DNA of 63,890 nt, filler included, from Reclinomonas americana ATCC 50394 (Eukaryota), in assembly GCA_048213135.1 (NCBI GenBank). It is 5 parts of 3 records of this genome, joined end to end, with 100 filler letters (N's around TTAATTAATTAA, not from the genome) between each part and the next. Parts side by side here need not be neighbours in the genome. Positions count along the whole stretch, not along the records: positions 48,797 to 55,844 come from PS015228.1; positions 55,945 to 62,606 come from PS015228.1; positions 62,707 to 63,890 come from PS015253.1; 2 more parts are not named here. One strand, given 5' to 3'. The position numbers and the translations under genes are program-made. Positions 49,685 to 63,890 of this stretch are shown here, in pieces (position 1 is the stretch's first letter; each line of letters starts with the position of its first letter). The notes under the pieces are model-generated. The model did not search any database. It saw nothing but the letters and a program-made list of their open reading frames with translations, and was not told the DNA's origin.

Positions 49685-50150
49685 AAGATGGAGGTGTCGC
49701 TCACGTACACGCGCATGCAGCAAGCACGGGAGACGCAATTACAGAGTGGACAAGAGCAAGACGTAGGATGCATTCAGAAAGCTGGCGAAGAGGAGCGACG
49801 GACAAGTAAGCACAGAACTGAAAGATGGAGGGTGTCGTCCATACACACTCGTGCAGCAAGCACGGGAAATACAATCATAGGGTGGACAAAGGCACGCAAA
49901 GCAAGACGTGAAGATGCACGCAGAAAATTGCCAACAAGGACAGATGGATACGTGAGCACCGCACAGGGATGGAGATCTCGTCCACACACACGCAGACGCA
50001 ATCACAAAAAGGATAAATGAACAAAAATAAGACGCAATCAGACGCAGAAGACACAGGTGTGAATGGACAGCATGGTCCACATTCACGCACAGCGTCGTCA
50101 AGAGAACCCAAACAAGGTGCTCAGAAAGGCTGCCAATAAGGAGGACAGAC
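49685..50150. repeat. Degenerate tandem repeat (~135-bp unit), probably intronic
   Basis: AAGATGGAG(G)GTGTCG...GCAGCAAGCACGGGA and GCAAGACGT...CAGAAA..TG.CAA.AAGGA recur. Confidence 0.6.
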
Positions 50151-50458
50151 GAATGCACAAANNNNNNNNNNNNNNNNNNNNGGCCTCCGCCACCAACGCC
50201 AACGCCGCAGCCGCAGTCGTCATTGCCGCTGACGACGAAGAAGACTCCATCAATCGACTACCTCCTTGCTGCTGTTGCTGTTGCTGTTGTAAGAACTGCA
50301 TTGCCGTGGCCAATTGCTGTAACACGTCACTGGCGTTGGCCACGGCAGCGCGCGTGCTTCCTCCTGCCTCGCTCATCGATTCTTCTTGTGCTTTGGAGTG
50401 AGTGGAGTGAGTGAGAGTTGGTGGTTGGTTGGCCATGAAATTTCGTGACCGTTACGCC

Positions 50459-51202
50459 TGTGTTTGTGTTTTTTTGGAGTGAATGAGGAGAAAAGTGGGG
50501 TGGTTTGTGTGTTTGGTGGTTGTGTGGTGTGCGTGTGTGGTGGTGGCGAGTGATGAGTTGCGTGAGTGGAGATTCATTACAAAGACACTTCACTTCCTCA
50601 TACTCTCTCTCTCTCTCTTCTTTTCTTGCTTCTCTTTGTCTTGCAATGATTCACTTTCTACCCCTACCACTCTCCTTTCTCTCTCTCATTGCCGTTCTCT
50701 TCTCTTCTTCCTTCGTTCCTCCATCCTCTTCCGTTGTGTTTGTGTTTCTTTGGAGTGAATGAGGAGAAAAGTGGGGTGGTTTGTATGTTTGGTGGTTGTG
50801 TGGTGTGCGTGTGTGGTGGTGGCGAGTGATGAGTTGCGTGAGTGGAGATTCATCACAAAGACAGATCTTCTCCTCTTCCCTCTTCTCCCTTATCTTTGTC
50901 TCGCAATGATTCACTTTCCACTCTCTCCCCTTTCTCTCTCTCTCTTATTAACGTTCTCTCCTCCACCCTGTGCATCTTCTCCCCTTCTTCATTCGTTCCT
51001 CCGTCCTCGCCCGTTGTGTTTGTTTCTTTGGAGTGGATGAGGAGAAAGTGGGGTGGTTTGTGTGTTTGGTGGCTGTGTGTGTTGTGTGTTGTGCGTGTGT
51101 GGTGGCGAGTGATGAGTTGCATGAGTGGAGATTTGCAGCTCAGATCCGCGTGTTAGCAATTGTACTCCTCAGTCTCCCTCCCTCCATCTCTCCTCTCTCT
51201 TA

Positions 51203-51242
<40 letters not shown>

Positions 51243-51290
51243 CTTTGTCTTGCAATGATTCACTTTCTACCCCTTCCACTCTCTCCTCCA
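50459..51290. repeat. Three tandem ~280-bp units
   Basis: TTTGGAGTG(A)ATGAGGAGAAA(A)GTGGGGTGGTTTG...GGCGAGTGATGAGTTGC.TGAGTGGAGATT...TTGCAATGATTCACTTTC near 50459, 50736 and 51016. Confidence 0.9.
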
Positions 51291-51372
51291 CGCTTTGCAT
51301 CCGCTCCTTTTCTCCCTGCCTTTCCGAGTTCTGAAAGATCTTCCCTTTCTCCGTTCCTCTCCCCACTTCCAG

Positions 51373-54265
51373 AATCGATCCACTCGGCGACCTCGAGGCC
51401 GACATTGAGACCATTGTGGAAGCACCCGTGCAACTACTAAACGTCAACGAAGGTCTCTTCCCCTTATCCCTTCCCCTCCTGCTCCCCCACACTCACCGTG
51501 TGTGCCACGCAGAGGAGAGTCCATGGGCGATGAAAATCGAGACATCCACCCCGCACTGGCGCCTGGCACCGTCTGTCGCCTCGCCGCTCACAGCGCATGT
51601 GATTGAGGTGGAGCTGCGAGGCTCAGTGGCCCCCGCCTCCATGAAGAGTGCGCTGGCTCACGTCACAGCGCTGACAGTCGACAACGCCGTCGCCGCCATG
51701 CGACAGCTGCAGCGTGTGCGCCCCAGCTTTGTGTGCTACAACAATCTGGCGTCGCGCATTGGCAAGCCGGAAAAGCTGTGCGAATATCAGATTCTGGCTC
51801 AGGAGCTGCAGGTGGCTGGCCTCACGCAGCTGGTGGTGGTGCACCATCACGAGCAGGCCGTCGGCAGTCGTGCGGCGTCGCGTCGTCGCAACAACAGCAG
51901 CAACAACGGTGGATCGGAGGATTCGGAGGCGGCACCGGTTTTGGGTCTGTCGCACAGCTCGCTGGTCACCACTGCGATGGAGCTGCTCAAGTGGCATGAT
52001 CAGAGACTAGAGTCCATGCTGGAGTCGTTGGATGTGCGTGACCAGGGAGAGGGTCGAACTTATGGAGATGACTTTTCTTCCATGATTTCCCATTCTCTCA
52101 CTTAACCTCATGCTCAGTCGCTCTTATCTCACCGAACTGTCCGTATCCTTTGCCTGATTGTCTGCAGTTGTCATCTTCTCGTCGCCCCTCTCTCGATTTT
52201 CTCGAATCTTTTTGTGTTCTCGCCCGCACCTTGTCACAATGTCGACCTTTCTTCCTCTTTCTTACCCTCTTTGCTCGACTTTCTCGCTTCCTCTTCCTTT
52301 TCCGTCGCTCTGACCTCTCTTTCTCGCCCTCTTCCCCTCTTTATTCCTCTTTCACCCTCCTTCCCCTTCTCCTTCCCCCTTCTCTTCCCCTTCGTCTTCC
52401 CCCTTCGTCTTCCCCCTTCGTCTTTCCCCCTTCCGTCTTCCCCCTTCTCTCCCCCCTTCGTCTTCCCCCTTCGCTTCCCCCTTCTGTCTTCCCCCTTTGC
52501 TCTTCCCCTTCTTCCCTTGTCTTCCCCTTCGGTCTTTCCCCTTGGTGTTCCCCTTCAGTTTTCCCCCTTCGNNNNNNNNNNNNNNNNNNNNNNNNNNNNN
52601 NNNNNNNNNNNNNNNNNNNNNNNNNNNNNNNNNNNNNNNNNNNNNNNNNNNNNNNNNNNNNNNNNNNNNNNNNNNNNNNNNNNNNNNNNNNNNNNNNNNN
52701 NNNNNNNNNNNNNNNNNNNNNNNNNNNNNNNNNNNNNNNNNNNNNNNNNNNNNNNNNNNNNNNNNNNNNNNNNNNNNNNNNNNNNNNNNNNNNNNNNNNN
52801 NNNNNNNNNNNNNNNNNNNNNNNNNNNNNNNNNNNNNNNNNNNNNNNNNNNNNNNNNNNNNNNNNNNNNNNNNNNNNNNNNNNNNAGAGAGAGAGAGAGA
52901 GAGAGAGAGAGAGGCACGCACACGGAGAGAGAGAGATGGAAAGAGAAGATACATCAGACTGGACGAGGGGAGGAGAATGCATGATAGTAGACGACGCTGC
53001 TGGCCTTCCGTCTCTTACAGTCAATTATGATTGGGAAGAGGACGAACCGGTGAACCAGGACTCCATCTCTTTCATCCTTACACCTTGTCTCTGTTCCTCT
53101 GCGACATTGTCTCTCGTCCTCCAATCCTCCACCCCCTCTGCTCATCCCTCTCACCTTCCCATCTCCTCTCCTTCCCCCTCTCTCTCTCCCTCTTTCCCTA
53201 TTCTCTTCCCCCTTCGTCTTCACCCTTCGTCTTTCACCTTCCTCTTCCCCCTTCCTCTTCGCCCCTTCTCTTCCCCCTTCTCTTCCCCCTTCTCCTCCCC
53301 CTTCTCTTCCCCTCCTCCTCCCTCACTCCGCTCTTCTCCTTTTGCCCCCTTCCTTCCTCCGCAGAACATGGAAGAGGAACTGCGCTGGACCCCCGAGCGC
53401 ATCACCACGCTCAGCGCCGCCATCAAAACCATTCCCATCCCCGACCCCTCCGCCATTGTCGCCAGCCTGCGCAAGAGGCGCCAGCAAGCAGGCCGACCGC
53501 ACGCCACCGCCCGGCAGAGCTCGGTGGTGGTAGAGCCGCCGCAGATCAAGGTCGACTACATGAAGCTGGTGCACGACTGGATGCTGAAGCCGCGCACCGA
53601 GCTTATGGAGCGGTACACCAACATGCAAAAGGATGTGCGCGCGCACGCTGTCAAGGTGGCCTTCGCCGCCGGGCACGCCATGGCGGGCTTCCGGGAGAAC
53701 CGCACCAAGATGGACTCGCTGCGCCATGTTGCGTGCGCGAGTGACTGTACAGGCACGGTGCTTTGCGTGCGCTGATTGAAAAATCTCCCCCGCACAGATG
53801 GCCGAGACATCGGAGGACCAGTTGCGCGGCTCTGTGCTGTCGCTCATGCACGGTACACAGAAACGCACCGAGGAAGACTACGGGTTCTCCAGCGTGCGAG
53901 CAGAGGTTTGTCTTGCTAGTGGTGGTCGACTGCGCAGCGACGCATCACTTCTCATCCTCTCGCGCAGCTGGAGGGACAGGGCGAGGAGCTGCGCACGACT
54001 GTGATTCCGACATTGAAGAAGCTGTCGGAGCGACTGGCGTTGCTGACCAAGGAAGTGAACCAGGTCGACATGGAAGGTGCGTGTGATGAGGAGGAGGGAA
54101 AAGCGAAGTCCAACGCTCATCCCTCGTCCCGCAGTCGACATTCTTCTGTCGTCTATTGTGCAGGGGCGACAGTGGGTGCAGTCGCAGCCAAAGGACTCGT
54201 TGCCGGTCACGAGTGGCGGCCCGCAGGAGGACATTCGCAACATTTTGAAGAGACTGAAGCAATGA
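51373..54265 (+). CDS. Uncharacterised multi-exon protein, coiled-coil C-terminus, start not resolved
   Basis: GC3-rich exons (51512-~52050, 53365-53727, 53798-53904, 53968-54076, 54164-54265) with GT-AG boundaries; ends DIRNILKRLKQ*. Confidence 0.65.
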
Positions 54266-54305
54266 TTGTAAAAGCAACGTGTCTGTATTGTATGTAGAGC
54301 ACCAA

Positions 54306-55379
54306 TCACAAGTGCATGTCGGGATTCGCAAAGCACCGGTGGAGAACGACAGCAGCATCCTCGGCAAGGAAACACCGCAACACCATCTCTGGCAAGCAGC
54401 GCGAATCATCCTCCTCCTCTTCTTTCTCCTCGTCCTCCATCAGCTCCCGCACGGCCCCCCACGCCATTCGCGCCAGGCGGAGCTCTCGACGCGCGTGCTC
54501 ACACGGCGTATACCACACCTGCACTGACCCGTCCCAGTTCCCCGACACCAAGAGCGACCCGTCGGGACTGACGGTGACCGACTGCACCACATCCGCATGA
54601 CCTTTCAATCGTCGCACTTGTTGCCCGCTCGTCAGTGACCACACCTGCACAAACTCTTCCATGCCGCCGATCACGAGATGCTGGCTGCTGGGAGTGACGG
54701 CAAGGCAGGTCACCGAGCAGCTGAATCCATCAAACCGCCGCGCCACCTCGCCACTCGCCAATGACCACACCACAACAGTCATGTCGGTACTGGCGCTCAC
54801 AACGTGGAGGCCGTCAGTGGTGATGGCGACACACCGCACAGAGTCAGCGTGTCCCATCATTCGTCGCACCTCCTCTCCACTCGCCAGCGACCACACTCGC
54901 ACTGTATGGTCGTCACTCCCGCTCACCACATGAAGGCCGTCGGGAGTGATCGCCACGCATCTCACCCATTCCGTGTGTCCCTCCAGTCGTCGCACTTCTT
55001 CACCACTTGCCAGCGACCACACGCGCACAGTCTTGTCTGCACTGCCACTCACAATGTGCTCACCACGGGGAGTGACCGCGACAGACCGCATCCGTCTCAC
55101 TTCCTCGCCACTCGCGAGCGACCACACGCGCACAGTCTTGTCGTCACTCGCACTCACCACGTGGCGCCCGCCAGGAGTGATGGCGACAGACAGCACCCAG
55201 TCGGTGTGCCCCTCCAGTCGCCTCTCTTGCTCTCCACTCGCCACGAGCCACACACACAGTGTCGAGTCCCAACTGGCGCTCACTATGCGTGCGCTGTCGG
55301 GAGTGACGGCGACGGATGCCACCCAACTCCCGTGGCCGCGCATGTACTTGTTTGGGTGAGTGGAGAGTGCGGAGGTCAT
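54306..55379 (-). CDS. WD40-family copy 10 (dispersed)
   Basis: Intronless, 7 repeats (third has a short in-frame deletion), acidic linker, DSRCLPEMVLRCFLAEDAAVVLHRCFANPDMHL*. Confidence 0.92.
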   Translation of the reverse strand: MTSALSTHPNKYMRGHGSWVASVAVTPDSARIVSASWDSTLCVWLVASGEQERRLEGHTDWVLSVAITPGGRHVVSASDDKTVRVWSLASGEEVRRMRSVAVTPRGEHIVSGSADKTVRVWSLASGEEVRRLEGHTEWVRCVAITPDGLHVVSGSDDHTVRVWSLASGEEVRRMMGHADSVRCVAITTDGLHVVSASTDMTVVVWSLASGEVARRFDGFSCSVTCLAVTPSSQHLVIGGMEEFVQVWSLTSGQQVRRLKGHADVVQSVTVSPDGSLLVSGNWDGSVQVWYTPCEHARRELRLARMAWGAVRELMEDEEKEEEEDDSRCLPEMVLRCFLAEDAAVVLHRCFANPDMHL

Positions 55380-55548
55380 GGTGGCGCACAGTGCAAGAAA
55401 ATAAGTGAAGGCGAATGAATGGATGGACGAGTTCACTTGAGACGAACACTGCCNNNNNNNNNNNNNNNNNNNNNNNNNNNNNNNNNNNNNNNNNNNNNNN
55501 NNNNNNNNNNNNNNNNNNNNNNNNNNNNNNNNNNNNNNNNNNNNNNNN

Positions 55549-55844
55549 CAGGCGACATTGGGTTTGTACTCTCTCTCGCTGTCACTCCCGATGGGCAGCA
55601 CATTGTTGGCGGTGGCATGAAGATGCGAGTCTGGTCCACACCGTGCGGCCTTGCCAGGTTTGAGGCAGATGCCGCTCGGTCGGCAACGCTCGCCGTGCAG
55701 CAGTTGCAGCGAGACCAAGCAGAGGAGAGTGGCGAGGAAGCAGAACGCCGATGTTTGGTGGAGATGGTGCTGCGGTGCTTCATCTTGGAAGAGGCCATGA
55801 TGTTGCTCTTCCGCTGCCGCCCAAACCCCGTGCTGCAAGTGTGA
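55549..55844 (+). CDS. 3' fragment of WD40-family copy 11 (contig probably reversed)
   Basis: Last WD repeat plus RRCLVEMVLRCFILEEAMMLLFRCRPNPVLQV*. Confidence 0.8.
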
Positions 55845-55946
55845 NNNNNNNNNNNNNNNNNNNNNNNNNNNNNNNNNNNNNNNNNNNNTTAATTAATTAA
55901 NNNNNNNNNNNNNNNNNNNNNNNNNNNNNNNNNNNNNNNNNNNNCG

Positions 55947-56009
<63 letters not shown>

Positions 56010-56069
56010 CCTCCCTCCCTCCCTCCCTCCCTCCCTCCCTTCGCTCATGACTGACACACTCATTCGCAG

Positions 56070-62425
<6,356 letters not shown>

Positions 62426-62442
62426 GTAAGTGGATGGGGAAG

Positions 62443-62511
<69 letters not shown>

Positions 62512-62837
62512 GACGACGACGCGAGAGAGAGAGACGACGAGTAGTAGTAGTAGTGTAGAGACGTAGAGTAGGAGGAGGAGGAGGAGGAGAGACACGAGTA
62601 GTAGAANNNNNNNNNNNNNNNNNNNNNNNNNNNNNNNNNNNNNNNNNNNNTTAATTAATTAANNNNNNNNNNNNNNNNNNNNNNNNNNNNNNNNNNNNNN
62701 NNNNNNGTCTGTATGGATGTATGTGTGTGTGGCGACTGGCCGTCTCTCTTGTCTCTCTTTCTCTCTTTTCTTTCTCTGTTGTTTTTTCTGCCCTTGCTGC
62801 ATTCATACTTTGCTGTCTGTCTACTCTCTGGCTTCAG

Positions 62838-63732
62838 AGACTCAAGCTGGAGAGTGAGAGGGCGAGAAAGCAAGCAGTTGTCAACCGATCAATGGAGAAG
62901 ACAGAGAGATGTGAGTGAGTGTGTGTATGATTCTGCGTGTGCCTGTGTGTGAGAAAGAGAGATCACGCAACTCTTCGTGTCTCCAAACATCATGGAAGAG
63001 TCGTGCGGGTGTGAGGAAGATGACGTTGATGGTGGGCGCACTGTTGCTGCGTGCACAGCGGCGCAACTGTTACCACACAGGACACAGTGAGATAATAGGT
63101 GGAGTGCGTTGTGAGGGCGTGGGCGAAGACTGACCCCATCCTTGCTCCACAGACGGTTGAAAAAGAGATTGAACGTCGAGGTCTTTTGTTAGACGTTGTC
63201 AACGCTGCTCACTGTCGCGCTGTTTACTTTGACAGCTGTATCGCTGAGCATTTTGCGCAGAGAGTACTGTTGCTATATACTTGAAGATGGTCGATGCCCG
63301 ACGTCGGCATTTATTGCCTCGTGGGGGACGCGACTGAGAACACCAAACGAAAGCAGGGATCAAAGCACACGGAAAAACACACACAATGTCGGTGTGTTAT
63401 CTTCTCACACTCTCTTCCCCTCCTCCTTGTGTGTGTGCTCACTGCTCTTGTTTGACACAGTTCTCTGTTCGTGTGAGTGCGGCGTATGATTCGTCGCTGT
63501 CGGTGGTGGTGGAGGGCATGTCGGCCGTGTCTACCTTTTCGGACTTGCTGCGCGAGGCCACTCGCTTGCTGCGTGTGAAGAGCGGAGACGGAAAGATGGA
63601 GATTATAGAAGTGTTGAGGCCGGTGCCGTACGACATCAAGCTCATGAGTGAAGCGCCACTCGTTGGACTCGGCATTACCGCCTCCACTCACCTTGCCATC
63701 GGCGTGACGAAGGGCGTGGCGCCACCGAGTAG
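62838..63732 (+). CDS. Internal exons of an unknown gene; last visible exon possibly ubiquitin-like fold
   Basis: RLKLESERARKQAVVNRSMEKTER, and from 63461 FSVRVSAAYDSSLSVVVEGMSAVSTFSDLLREA...PLVGLGITASTHLAI. Confidence 0.4.
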
Positions 63733-63770
63733 GTGTGTTGTGTGTCGTATTTGTGTGTGTTTGTGTTTGT

Positions 63771-63869
<99 letters not shown>

Positions 63870-63890
63870 CGACGACGACGACGACGACGA

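Noticed and set aside
50063-50401. Plus-strand ORF with RRQENPNKVLRKAANK and poly-Cys
   Set aside because: The first half is part of a tandem repeat, it crosses a gap, and poly-Cys is the antisense of a poly-Gln ORF.

Overview
Intron-rich, microsatellite-rich draft genomic DNA from a eukaryote, probably a flagellated bacterivorous protist (inferred from a NEK1/4-like kinase, a secreted peptidoglycan amidase and the standard genetic code). The assembly is gappy. It carries 44N-TTAATTAATTAA-44N linkers, and several contigs are in the right order but reversed in place. Reconstructed genes: a large divergent Rab-like GTPase with an SH3-like N-terminal region, CBP20/NCBP2, a type I metacaspase, tRNA-Ser(AGA), an RNI-like LRR protein, an ATG27/M6PR-like receptor, RPS15, an NlpC/P60 (Amidase_6-like) secreted hydrolase, a NEK kinase, a Pmp-repeat multi-TM protein, an NHL/cadherin-like surface protein and several unknowns. 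Two things stand out. (1) A tandem array of intronless 7-blade WD40 genes has variable ligand-face residues and a near-invariant C-terminal domain I do not recognise (RCLPEMVLRCFxVEEAEVVxFRCRxDPDLHW). The array surrounds a divergently transcribed metacaspase with an N-acylation motif, making it a candidate protist immune-receptor or E3-adaptor locus. (2) An abundant second class of 5' splice site, GTTG[C/A]G, is the usual GTG[C/A]G donor shifted by one nucleotide and almost always follows a non-G exon end. Exon models were traced by eye, with no transcript data.
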